A stretch of 64,000 nucleotides of DNA from an uncultured Aeromicrobium sp. GTDB lineage: Bacteria; Actinomycetota; Actinomycetes; Propionibacteriales; Nocardioidaceae. Below the pieces are notes generated by a model. The model ran no database searches and had not been told where the DNA came from. It saw nothing but the letters and a program-made list of their open reading frames with translations. A program made the translations under genes and the position numbers. The DNA is taken from NCBI GenBank assembly GCA_964599245.1, contig CAZREF010000010.1, positions 11,130 through 75,129 on the forward strand, written 5' to 3'. Positions within the stretch are counted from its first letter, which is position 1. Every line of letters begins with the position of its first letter. Of the stretch, positions 55,717-64,000 are shown one piece after another.

Positions 55717-55883
55717 CTCGGCATCGTCACACGCCCGCGCGAGCGCACGCCACCAGGTGGCACCCTGGGTCGACCCCCAACCGATCCGTGGCCCGGGCCA
55801 GGGCCCGACCCCGGCGCGGACCAGGGTCGGCTCAGGGTGGCGCCCGATGGTCCCGCGACGCGGTCCCGACCGACGATGGGGCC
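55717..55883. promoter_or_regulatory. divergent twin promoters with a shared upstream box
   Basis: both directions read CAGGGTGnCnCCnGnTGG-N21-GACGAT-N6-start. Confidence 0.7.
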
Positions 55884-57125
55884 ATGAACGCCACGTCCTC
55901 CACCTCGTCCACCTCCGGCGACGGGACCGGGTCACCGGGCTCGTCGAGCGGACCCCGCCGCGGCCTGGGAACCGTCTCCGACGTCCGCCGCAGCCGCGAC
56001 GAGCGCGTCGTCGCCGGTGTCTGCGGGGGCCTGGCCCGCCGGCTCGACGTCGACCCGGTCCTCGTGCGGGTCCTGGCCGTCGTGCTCACGATCGTCGGCG
56101 GCGCCGGGCTGATCCTCTACCTGGCCGGCTGGCTCCTCCTGCCGGCCGAAGGGGAGCGGCACAGCCTCGTGGGCGAGTGGTTCCGGCTGGACGAGACCGA
56201 GCCCCAGGTCCGCGACGTCGGGCTCGTCGTCGCCGGGCTGCTCGCGGTGGCCTCCGTGGTCGGCGACGGGGGCTGGGGGTGGGGCGGGGACTGGATCACC
56301 TGGACGGTGCTTGTCGTGACCGTGCCCGTCGTGCTCCTGCTCTGGCTGGTCCGCGGACGCGGCGACGGCACGGTCGCGGCGTCGGTCGGCGACTCACCGG
56401 CCACGACCGCGGACGCAGGGGCTGCGCAGCCTCTCACGGACACGGTCGTGCTGGGTCGCCCGGTCGAGCACGACGGCGGCGCCCCGGTCGACGCCGGTCC
56501 CCCGGCCGACCCGGCCCGGTCCGTGCCCGAGCGCCGCCGTCCGACCCCGCGCGAGCCCTTCACGTGGGTGCCCACCCTGCTCACGCTCTCGACCGTGGCC
56601 ATCGTGCTGGCCGTGCTGCGCCTGACGGTCGACCCCGACGCACCGGTCTACGTGGCGGCCGCGCTCGGCGTGGTCGGGCTCGCGCTGGTGCTGTGCACGC
56701 TGAGCCGCGGCGGCGCGCCCCTGATCCTCGCCGGGCTGCTGCTCCTGCCCGTCCTCGCGGTCGGCTCACTCGTGCCCACCACGCGCAGCGGTGACCAGCA
56801 GGTGGCCCCGACGAGCGCCGCGGACGTCCGCAGCGACTACGAGCACGGCTTCGGTCGGCTCGAGCTCGACCTGGCCGACGTGTCCGACCCGGACGCGCTG
56901 CTCGGTCGCACCATCGACGTCGAGACCGGGTTCGGCGAGACGGTCGTGGTCGTCCCCGACGGCGTGGCCGTGCGCGTGCGTGCGCACGTCGACGCGGGCG
57001 ACCTCGAGGTCCTCGGCGAGCGCGACAGCGGCATCCGCCGCACGCTCACCGTGCCCGCGACGGGCCGTGCGCTCACCCTCGACGTCGACCACGGCTTCGG
57101 CCGCGTGGAGGTGAGGACCCGGTGA
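55884..57125 (+). CDS. PspC domain membrane protein with a C-terminal LiaF/toast-rack-like beta domain
   Basis: RRSRDERVVAGVCGGLARRLDVDPVLVR...LYLAGWLLLP; GFGRLELDL...GFGETVVVVP. Confidence 0.9.
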   Translation: MNATSSTSSTSGDGTGSPGSSSGPRRGLGTVSDVRRSRDERVVAGVCGGLARRLDVDPVLVRVLAVVLTIVGGAGLILYLAGWLLLPAEGERHSLVGEWFRLDETEPQVRDVGLVVAGLLAVASVVGDGGWGWGGDWITWTVLVVTVPVVLLLWLVRGRGDGTVAASVGDSPATTADAGAAQPLTDTVVLGRPVEHDGGAPVDAGPPADPARSVPERRRPTPREPFTWVPTLLTLSTVAIVLAVLRLTVDPDAPVYVAAALGVVGLALVLCTLSRGGAPLILAGLLLLPVLAVGSLVPTTRSGDQQVAPTSAADVRSDYEHGFGRLELDLADVSDPDALLGRTIDVETGFGETVVVVPDGVAVRVRAHVDAGDLEVLGERDSGIRRTLTVPATGRALTLDVDHGFGRVEVRTR

Positions 57126-57181
57126 CCGGACCCGAGACCGCCGGCACCACCCCAGAGAGGACCACCCCCGAGAGGACCACC

Positions 57182-57469
57182 ATGAGCACCCCGTCCACCC
57201 CCCGCCGCATCCACCCCCTCAACACCCTCTTCGGCGTGCTGTTCCTCGCCGCCGCCGGCTCCTGGGCCGCGCACGACCAGGACCTGCTCGACGGCGACCA
57301 GCTCGGCCGGGTCGTCGCCGTGGGCCTCATCGTGCTCGGCGCACTCGGGGTGGTCGCGACCGTGCTCGTGAGCCGCAGTGGTCGTCCGCCCCGCACCGAC
57401 GTCAGCGCGTCGGCGGGTGCGTCCGCCTCGCCGGACGAGCGAGGAGCGCCCGACGAGCCGACGTCCTGA
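57182..57469 (+). CDS. small two-TM membrane protein of the psp operon
   Basis: two hydrophobic helices; GAGAGG RBS; alternative GTG start at 57122 overlaps the pspC stop. Confidence 0.7.
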   Translation: MSTPSTPRRIHPLNTLFGVLFLAAAGSWAAHDQDLLDGDQLGRVVAVGLIVLGALGVVATVLVSRSGRPPRTDVSASAGASASPDERGAPDEPTS

Positions 57470-57475
57470 CCGGTG

Positions 57476-58504
57476 TCAGTGCCGCCCGGCGACCCACCGG
57501 TCCCGGGCGGCGACCGCGACGGCGGCGTGGTCGCTGAAGAACCCGTCGACCCCCGCGTCGAGGAACGCCCGGTACTCGGCGAGGGCGTCGCCGTGCGCGG
57601 CGCGGTCGTCGCTCGTGCGGAAGTCGGCGGGCAGGAAGTTGTTCTCGTCGCGCATGGTCCAGACGTGCACCGCGAGTCCCGCGTCGTGGGCCCGCGACAC
57701 CAGTCCCGTCTCGCCGTCGAGCCAGTGCCCCGCGCGGCGGGCGATCACCATCGACTTGTTCGGCCCGATCCCGTCGACGTGCTCGGCCAGCCGGTGCAGC
57801 TCGGGACCGGAGGCGAGGTCGGCGTAGGTGCGCGGATCGCCGGCCACCTCGAGGTCCCACGGTGCTCCCTTGCGGTCCAGCAGCTGCACGAGCGGCAGTG
57901 GGGTGCGCGGCCTCAGACCTCGCAGGTTGGCGGTCTCCTTGGACTGGAAGACCACCGGCACGTCCGCGTCGACGCGGTTGAGGTCGGCCTCCTCCAGCGC
58001 CTCGACCAGCAGGTCGTCCAGGTCGAGGCCGAGCTCGTGGAAGTAGGACGGGTGCTTCGTCTCCACGTACACGCCGACCGTCCGGTCGGCGGCTGCGGCG
58101 ATCTCGAGGGTCTCGGCGAAGGTCAGCACACCCTGGTCGGCCGGCAGCTCGAGGTTGTGCGGCCTCAGCTGCGGCAGCCGTTCGCGCACCCGGAGGGTCC
58201 TCACCTCCTCCAACGTGAGGTCCTCGGTGAACCACCCGCTCAGCCACACACCGTCGACCTGCTTGGTGGTGCGTCGGTCGGCGAGCTCGGGATGGTCGGC
58301 GACGTCGGTGGTGTGCCCGATCTCGTTCTCGTGCCGCACCACGAGGTGTCCGTCGCGCGTCGCGACGACGTCGGGCTCGATGTAGTCCGCCCCCTGGGCG
58401 ATGGCCAGCTCGTAGGAGGCGCGCGTGTGCTCGAGGCGGAGGCCCGGTACTCCCCGGTGGCCGATGACGCACGGGGTGGGCGGCCAGACGACCGGGCGGC
58501 TCAT
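57476..58504 (-). CDS. glycerophosphodiester phosphodiesterase
   Basis: IGHRG, EHT..SY.LA, IEPDVVATRDG, VETKHP, GVDGFFSDH. Confidence 0.92.
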   Translation of the reverse strand: MSRPVVWPPTPCVIGHRGVPGLRLEHTRASYELAIAQGADYIEPDVVATRDGHLVVRHENEIGHTTDVADHPELADRRTTKQVDGVWLSGWFTEDLTLEEVRTLRVRERLPQLRPHNLELPADQGVLTFAETLEIAAAADRTVGVYVETKHPSYFHELGLDLDDLLVEALEEADLNRVDADVPVVFQSKETANLRGLRPRTPLPLVQLLDRKGAPWDLEVAGDPRTYADLASGPELHRLAEHVDGIGPNKSMVIARRAGHWLDGETGLVSRAHDAGLAVHVWTMRDENNFLPADFRTSDDRAAHGDALAEYRAFLDAGVDGFFSDHAAVAVAARDRWVAGRH

Positions 58505-58544
58505 GCCTCCAGTGAAGCAGGTCCCGCCCCGAGGGCGGGGGACG

Positions 58545-59186
58545 TCACAGGGTGCCGGCGATCGCCGCGACGAGGGCGAAGAAGGCCAGCAGCGCGGAGA
58601 TCGGCAGCGTCCACAGCGTGGCCACGACGAGGCTGACGCTGGTGCCGATCTTCGGTGGCACGAACCACCGTGCCCGGGGCAGGTCGCCGACGCCGTCGAT
58701 CCATCGTCCGGTCATGCCGACGCCCGACCAGACGCCCTTGAGGCGCGAGAGCACCCGCCACCCCCCGCCCCCGGCGATCGCGGTGAGTGCGCCCCGCGTC
58801 TCCTCGACCTTGTCGGTGAGGTTGACCGCGATGCCGAGCTCGGTGGCGAGCTGCTCGGGCTCCTCGACGGCCTTGAGCACCCGCAGGCGACGGACCGCGA
58901 GCGCCGTCGGCGCGAGAGCCAGGACGACCGCGCCCACCGCGAGCACCGTGCCGGCGACGCCACCGCCCGCGAGACCCAGGACGAACGTGGCGAGGAGGAA
59001 GGGCAGCGGCGCCACGACCAGCACCAGCGACGGGATGCGCAGGAGTCGCACGGCGGGGACGATGACCGCGGCGGCGCGGTGCGCGGCCTCCGCCGTCTGC
59101 CCGTCGACCCGCGTGGTGGCGCCGTGGACCGCGCGGTTGGTGCGCGCACCCCAGCCCTCGCGCCGTGTGCCGTCTGCTCGTGCCAT
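58545..59186 (-). CDS. hypothetical membrane protein
   Basis: hydrophobic segments; fills the gap between neighbours; ATG 6 nt after TAGGCT. Confidence 0.65.
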   Translation of the reverse strand: MARADGTRREGWGARTNRAVHGATTRVDGQTAEAAHRAAAVIVPAVRLLRIPSLVLVVAPLPFLLATFVLGLAGGGVAGTVLAVGAVVLALAPTALAVRRLRVLKAVEEPEQLATELGIAVNLTDKVEETRGALTAIAGGGGWRVLSRLKGVWSGVGMTGRWIDGVGDLPRARWFVPPKIGTSVSLVVATLWTLPISALLAFFALVAAIAGTL

Positions 59187-59225
59187 GCCTCCAGCCTAGG
59201 CGCGGGCTCCCACTAGGGTGCGTCC

Positions 59226-60065
59226 GTGGCCGTCGTCCTCTCCCTGATCTCCGCCCTCGCGTACGGCGTCTCCGACTTCCTCGGCGGGGTGTTCTCGAAG
59301 CGGTCGGGACCCTGGCAGGTCGCCACCGTCGGCCAGACGTCGTCGACGGTGTGCACGGCGGTCGTCGCGACGTTCCTCACCGGGACGGCGGTCGGCCCGG
59401 ACTGGGGCTGGGCGCTGCTGGGCGGCATCGGCTCCGGCATCGGCACCGCCTTCCTCTACCGCGGCCTGGCCGGTGGACGGATGAGCGTGGTCGCCCCGCT
59501 ATCGGCCGTCGTGTGCGCGCTGCTGCCGGTGGTCGTCGGGCTCGTGACCGGTGACCGGCCGACGGCGCTCGCCCTCGGCGGCATCGTCGTCGCGTTCCCG
59601 GCGATCGCACTCGTCTCCCGCGTCATCGAGGAGGACGCGGCCGCGGCCCTGGCCCACCGCGGCGGGGTCACCGACGGCGTGCTCGCCGGACTCGGGTTCG
59701 GGGTCCTGTTCGTCGCGCTGGGGCAGGTCTCCGACGACGCGGGCCTCTGGCCCCTCGTCTCGGCGCAGGCGGCCTCGGCGGTGACGATCGTGGCGGTGGC
59801 CGTCGTCCTGCGCCAGCCCTGGGTCCCGCGCGAGGTCGCCGCGTGGCGAGCGGTCGCGATGGGCCCGCTCGGCGCGACCGCGACGACGGCCTTCCTGCTC
59901 GCGACCCGCGAGGGACTGCTCTCCGTGGTCTCGGTGATCTCGTCGCTCTACCCGGCGACGACCGTGCTGCTCGCCACCCTCGTGCTCAAGGAACGCATCC
60001 AGGCCTGGCAGGGCGTGGGCCTGGCGCTCGCGGCGACGGCCGTGACGCTCGTGGCCCTCGGCTGA
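59226..60065 (+). CDS. EamA/DMT family transporter
   Basis: YGVSDFLGG, GRMSVVAPLS, SSLYPATTVLLA...LKERI. Confidence 0.9.
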   Translation: MAVVLSLISALAYGVSDFLGGVFSKRSGPWQVATVGQTSSTVCTAVVATFLTGTAVGPDWGWALLGGIGSGIGTAFLYRGLAGGRMSVVAPLSAVVCALLPVVVGLVTGDRPTALALGGIVVAFPAIALVSRVIEEDAAAALAHRGGVTDGVLAGLGFGVLFVALGQVSDDAGLWPLVSAQAASAVTIVAVAVVLRQPWVPREVAAWRAVAMGPLGATATTAFLLATREGLLSVVSVISSLYPATTVLLATLVLKERIQAWQGVGLALAATAVTLVALG

Positions 60066-60075
60066 CGGACCCGGT

Positions 60076-60939
60076 CTACTTGAGGAACTTGCTGGTCGAG
60101 CGGTCCTTGAGCGGCTTGCCGCCGGTCTGGCAGGTGGGGCAGTACTGCAGCGAGGAGTCGGCGAAGACGACCTCGGCGACCGTGTCGCCGCAGACCGGGC
60201 AGGTCTCGCCCGCGCGGCCGTGGACCCGCATGCGCGACCGCTTGGAGTCCTTGAGCTCCGAGGCGGGCTTGCCGTGCGCCTCGGCCATGGCCTCGGCGAG
60301 CACCGTGCGGATCGCCGCGTCGAGGCGGTCCGCCTCGTCGTCGTCGAGCTCGGCGGCGAGCGCGAACGGCGAGAGCCGCGCGGCGTGCAGGATCTCGTCG
60401 CTGTAGGCGTTGCCGATGCCGGCGACGATCTTCTGGTCCCGCAGGAACCGCTTCACCTGCATCCGCCGACCCTCGAGCAGCGGCCGGACGCTGAAGCCCT
60501 CGGCCAACGGGTCGGGGCCGAGGGCCGCGATGCCCTCGACGTCCATCGGGTCACGGACCACGTAGAGGGCGAGACCCTTGCGCGTGCCGGCCTCGGTGAG
60601 GTCGAAGCCCACGTGCGGCCCGTCGCCCGCGTCGAGGCGCACCCGCGCGGCGAGGGGCCCGTTGCCCATCTTGAGCCGCTTGTCGGTGAGCTGGTCCGAC
60701 CACCGCAGCCAGCCGGCCTTCGCCAGGTGGACGACGAGGTGCAACCCGTCCACCTCGAGGTCGACGAACTTGCCGTGCCGGGCCACGCCGGTGACCTCGA
60801 GGCCGCTCAGCGCGTGGGCCGGGGGGTCGTACGTCTTCAGCACGGCGAACGAGGCCAGCTCGACGTCGGCGACGACGGCGCCGACCGCACGCTCGCGCAG
60901 GAACGCCACCAGGGCGTCGACCTCCGGCATCTCGGGCAC
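60076..60939 (-). CDS. Fpg/Nei family DNA glycosylase
   Basis: N-terminal PEMPEV, RHGKF, H2TH AGIGNAYSDEIL, zinc finger CPVC...CPTC. Confidence 0.92.
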   Translation of the reverse strand: MPEMPEVDALVAFLRERAVGAVVADVELASFAVLKTYDPPAHALSGLEVTGVARHGKFVDLEVDGLHLVVHLAKAGWLRWSDQLTDKRLKMGNGPLAARVRLDAGDGPHVGFDLTEAGTRKGLALYVVRDPMDVEGIAALGPDPLAEGFSVRPLLEGRRMQVKRFLRDQKIVAGIGNAYSDEILHAARLSPFALAAELDDDEADRLDAAIRTVLAEAMAEAHGKPASELKDSKRSRMRVHGRAGETCPVCGDTVAEVVFADSSLQYCPTCQTGGKPLKDRSTSKFLK

Positions 60940-60977
60940 GGGACGAGCCTACGGAACGACGGGGACGGGCGCCTCGT

Positions 60978-62057
60978 TCACTCCTGGTCGTGGCGGGCGT
61001 AGAAGCCCTCCATCGCCGGCCACGACGTGCGACGCGCCGCGCGGCCGGTGAGCACGCCGAGGTGCCCGCCGGGAGCCTGCACCAGCTGCACGTCGGGCGA
61101 GCCGGTCAGCAGGTCCACCAGGTGGCTGACCGCCCCGACCGGGGCGAGCGTGTCGTCGAGCCCTGCGACCACGAGCACCGGGACGTCGATGTCCGCGAGC
61201 TCGAGCGTCCGCCCGCCGAGCTCGACGACCCCCGTCGCCAGCGCGTTGCTCCGCACGACCACGTGGTACAGTTGGCCGAACGTGCGGCCCGGGTAGGCGT
61301 ACATGTTCTCCGTGAACCGGTCCACGGCCTCGAGCTGGGCCAGGAAGTCGCGGTCGTCGGCGTGGGTCAGCATCGAGATCGGCTTGGTCAGGTACTTGTC
61401 GAAGGCCGAGATCTGGAAGCCGAGGCGGGTCAGGGGCGCAGGGACGCCGCCGAGGGTGCGGTACGCGGCGCTCACCAGGCCGCTGGCGACGGCGTTGACG
61501 GGCCGCGTGATCGCGATGAGCGGGACCTGGGTGAGGTCGAAGGGCGAGGCGACGGCCGTGGCGGACGCGAGCGGCAGGTCCGGGTCGGACGCGGCGGTGA
61601 AGATCGTGAAGATGCCGCCCAAGGACCACCCGGCGAGGTGGACGGGACGCTCCCCCGCGTCGGCGTGCACGTGCCTCACCGCCTGGGGCACGACGGTGCT
61701 CGTCCAGTGCTCGATGCCGAGCTCACGGTGCTCGAAGCTCACCGGGCCGTAGTCGACGAGGTACACCGGCCGGCCCTGCTGCACGAAGTACTCGACGACG
61801 CTGCACCCGCGACGCAGGTCGAACGCGATGGCGGGCGCCGCCAGGGGCGGCACCAGCAGCAGCGGCTCCCCGTGCTGCTCCAGACCGGGGTACGGGTCGT
61901 AGCGGAACAGGCTCGCGTGCTCGGTGACCTTGATCAGGGTGCGGGGCGTGCTGCGCAGGTCGGCGATGCGGCGCCCGCGGACCACGTCGCGCAGGTTGGT
62001 GGTGGCGGCGCCGAGGTCGCGAGGCACGTGGACCCGCGGCACGAGCGGGAGGGACAT
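60978..62057 (-). CDS. alpha/beta hydrolase of the PHA-synthase (PhaC)-like fold with a Ser nucleophile
   Basis: PLLLVPPL...FDLRRGCS...VYLVDYG, GWSLGG, DDTLAP, GGHLG. Confidence 0.8.
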   Translation of the reverse strand: MSLPLVPRVHVPRDLGAATTNLRDVVRGRRIADLRSTPRTLIKVTEHASLFRYDPYPGLEQHGEPLLLVPPLAAPAIAFDLRRGCSVVEYFVQQGRPVYLVDYGPVSFEHRELGIEHWTSTVVPQAVRHVHADAGERPVHLAGWSLGGIFTIFTAASDPDLPLASATAVASPFDLTQVPLIAITRPVNAVASGLVSAAYRTLGGVPAPLTRLGFQISAFDKYLTKPISMLTHADDRDFLAQLEAVDRFTENMYAYPGRTFGQLYHVVVRSNALATGVVELGGRTLELADIDVPVLVVAGLDDTLAPVGAVSHLVDLLTGSPDVQLVQAPGGHLGVLTGRAARRTSWPAMEGFYARHDQE

Positions 62058-62120
62058 GACTGACGATGGTGCCAGAGCAGGCACCCCCTGTCGTGGTGAA
62101 CGTGCTCACGCCGGCAGGGG

Positions 62121-63338
62121 TCAGGCGACGGTCAGCGCCAGCAGCGACAGGTTCAGCGCGATGACGACCGCGGCCACCAGGCACGCGGCGGCCGTCGTGG
62201 CGACACGGTTCACGTGCTCCCCCATCACGGACCTGCTGGCGGTCAGCCGCACCAGGGGGACGAGCGCGAACGGGATGCCGATCGAGAGCACGACCTGCGA
62301 CACGACGAGCGCGCGGCTGGGCTCCACGCCGAGCGAGAGCACCACCAGCGCGGGGACCACCGTGACCACCCGGCGCACGAGCAGCGGCACGCGGACGCCG
62401 AGGAGACCCTCCATCACCTCGGCACCGGCCGCGGCGCCCACCGCGGTCGAGGCGAGACCGGACCCGAGCAGCGCGACGGCGAAGAGCAGCGCCACGCCGG
62501 CTCCGAGCTCCGAGGTCACGAGGTCGTGCACCCCGATCAGGGTGTCGGTGCCAGGAAGCCCTTGCAGGCCGGCCGCGGCCACCAGCAGCAGCGAGAGGTT
62601 GAGCAGCCCCGCGACGAGCAGGGCGAGCACCACGTCGGTGCGGGTCGCGCTCAGCAGCCCTCGTGTGGAGACGTCGCGACCCCGCTCCCCCAGCCGGCCC
62701 GACGTCAGGCTCGAGTGCAGGTAGATGACGTGCGGCATGACGGTCGCGCCGATGATGCCCGACGCGAGCAGCACGCTCTCGGCGCCGGCGAAGGAGGGCA
62801 CGAGGCCGCCGGCCACGTCGGACCCCGACGGCGGGTTCACCACGAGGCCCGCGACGAACCCGACGGCGATGAGGGCGAGGAAGCCGACGACCGTCCGTTC
62901 GAGCGCTCCCTGCCCCCGCACGTCGCCGATCCGCAGGACCAGCAACGAGACGCCGGCGGTGACGAGCGCCCCGAGGACGAGGGGCAGGTCGAACAGGAGG
63001 TACAGGGCGATCGCTCCGCCGACGACCTCCGCGAGGTCGGTGGCCACGGCGATCGCCTCCGCCTGCAACCAGTAGGCGAGCCGCGGTCCCCGTCGCAACC
63101 TCGTGCCCATGTGGGTCGCGAGTGACGTGCCGGTGACGATCCCGAGCTTCGCCGACAGGTACTGCACGAGGACGGCCATGACGTTGGCCAGCACGACCAC
63201 CCACACGAGCGCGAAGCCGAACCGCGCTCCCGCCGTGACGTTCGTGGCGACGTTGCCCGGGTCGACGTAGGCGACGGCTGCGACGAACGCCGGCCCCAGG
63301 AGCACGACCCGCCGGCGGATCGGCTCGGGCACCAGCAT
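62121..63338 (-). CDS. mntH: Nramp family divalent metal transporter
   Basis: AYVDPGN, GATVMPHVIYLHS, SQVVLS. Confidence 0.93.
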   Translation of the reverse strand: MLVPEPIRRRVVLLGPAFVAAVAYVDPGNVATNVTAGARFGFALVWVVVLANVMAVLVQYLSAKLGIVTGTSLATHMGTRLRRGPRLAYWLQAEAIAVATDLAEVVGGAIALYLLFDLPLVLGALVTAGVSLLVLRIGDVRGQGALERTVVGFLALIAVGFVAGLVVNPPSGSDVAGGLVPSFAGAESVLLASGIIGATVMPHVIYLHSSLTSGRLGERGRDVSTRGLLSATRTDVVLALLVAGLLNLSLLLVAAAGLQGLPGTDTLIGVHDLVTSELGAGVALLFAVALLGSGLASTAVGAAAGAEVMEGLLGVRVPLLVRRVVTVVPALVVLSLGVEPSRALVVSQVVLSIGIPFALVPLVRLTASRSVMGEHVNRVATTAAACLVAAVVIALNLSLLALTVA

Positions 63339-63417
63339 GCGGTGAGGGTATCCAGGCTCGGGCGACCCGCGCGCGCCGGTCACGGGCGGGTCGTCGACCC
63401 GTGACGCAGCACGTTCG

Positions 63418-64000
63418 TCAGGCGGTCGGTCGACCGCGTCCGCCACCGCTGCGGCGACGTCCGCCACCGCTGCGCGCACCGCCGCCCGACTGGCCGCCGC
63501 GCGAGGACCCGCCGCGACCCTGGCCGTTCCGGGGCTGGCCGCCACGGCCCTGCGGACCACGACCCTGGCCGCCGCTGCGCGGACGCTGCGAGCCGCCCTG
63601 GCGCTGCTGACCGCCACGGCCGACGGCGGACGGGGCGGGGAGCGTGCCACTCGTCGCGAGCGACTCGGGTGTCATGGGCTGGGGCGCCGACGCCACGTCG
63701 TGCTGACGCGCGGTCACCCCCGCCTTGGCCTGCAGCGCGACGACGTCGCGCAGGTCCTCGCGCGTGGTCATCGTGATGACCGTGCCCGCCTCGCCCGCGC
63801 GGGCGGTGCGGCCGGAGCGGTGCGTGTAGGCCTTGTGCTCGGCGGGCGCGTCGTAGTGCACGACAAGCTTGACGTCGTCGACGTGGATGCCGCGCGCGGC
63901 GATGTCGGTCGCCACGATGACGTCGGCGCCGCCCTTGCTGAACCGGGCGAGGTTGCGCTCGCGCTTGGCCTGGTTGAGGTCGCCGTGGAGGTCGACGGCC
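63418..64000 (-). CDS. DEAD/DEAH-box RNA helicase, C-terminal part (runs off window end)
   Basis: LHGDLNQ, ATDIAARGIHV, HRSGRTARAG; Gly/Arg-rich tail. Confidence 0.92.
   Translation of the reverse strand, partial: AVDLHGDLNQAKRERNLARFSKGGADVIVATDIAARGIHVDDVKLVVHYDAPAEHKAYTHRSGRTARAGEAGTVITMTTREDLRDVVALQAKAGVTARQHDVASAPQPMTPESLATSGTLPAPSAVGRGGQQRQGGSQRPRSGGQGRGPQGRGGQPRNGQGRGGSSRGGQSGGGARSGGGRRRSGGGRGRPTA

Overview
A 64 kb stretch of chromosome from a very GC-rich actinobacterium. Gene content and order suggest Nocardioidaceae (Nocardioides/Aeromicrobium-like); this is an inference. It is mostly housekeeping. In order it carries: the end of an aldehyde dehydrogenase; a nucleoside uptake/catabolism operon (BMP lipoprotein, ABC transporter, cdd, cytochrome P450, deoA); MarR-MFS; sdhCAB with a divergent LysR; trpS, galK, pheA and purU; a sulfate ABC transporter; icd/mdh; folD; two tandem TetRs; purNH; a PerM-like gene; sucCD; an M23 peptidase; pcrA; a YtrA-type GntR operon; a lone zwf; a CPA1 antiporter; a PspC/two-component module; a GDPD; an Fpg/Nei glycosylase; a PhaC-like hydrolase; mntH; and part of a DEAD-box helicase. 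I found no rRNA, tRNA, transposase, integrase, phage or cas genes. The most interesting observations are: (1) a P450 with an EryF-like Thr-to-Ala I-helix, translationally coupled between cdd and deoA, a candidate modified-nucleoside catabolic step; (2) a degenerate ECF-sigma-like domain fused through a TM helix to duplicated Cys-containing extracellular domains; (3) a 5-copy, 32-bp-period convergent repeat array, plus a separate hairpin element present twice; (4) mirror-image promoters in the PspC/two-component locus; (5) a TamR-like box between icd and mdh; (6) a B12-binding-domain relic lacking the His ligand. All family calls come from recognising motifs by eye, not from database searches. 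Many starts were refined using leaderless -10 hexamers.
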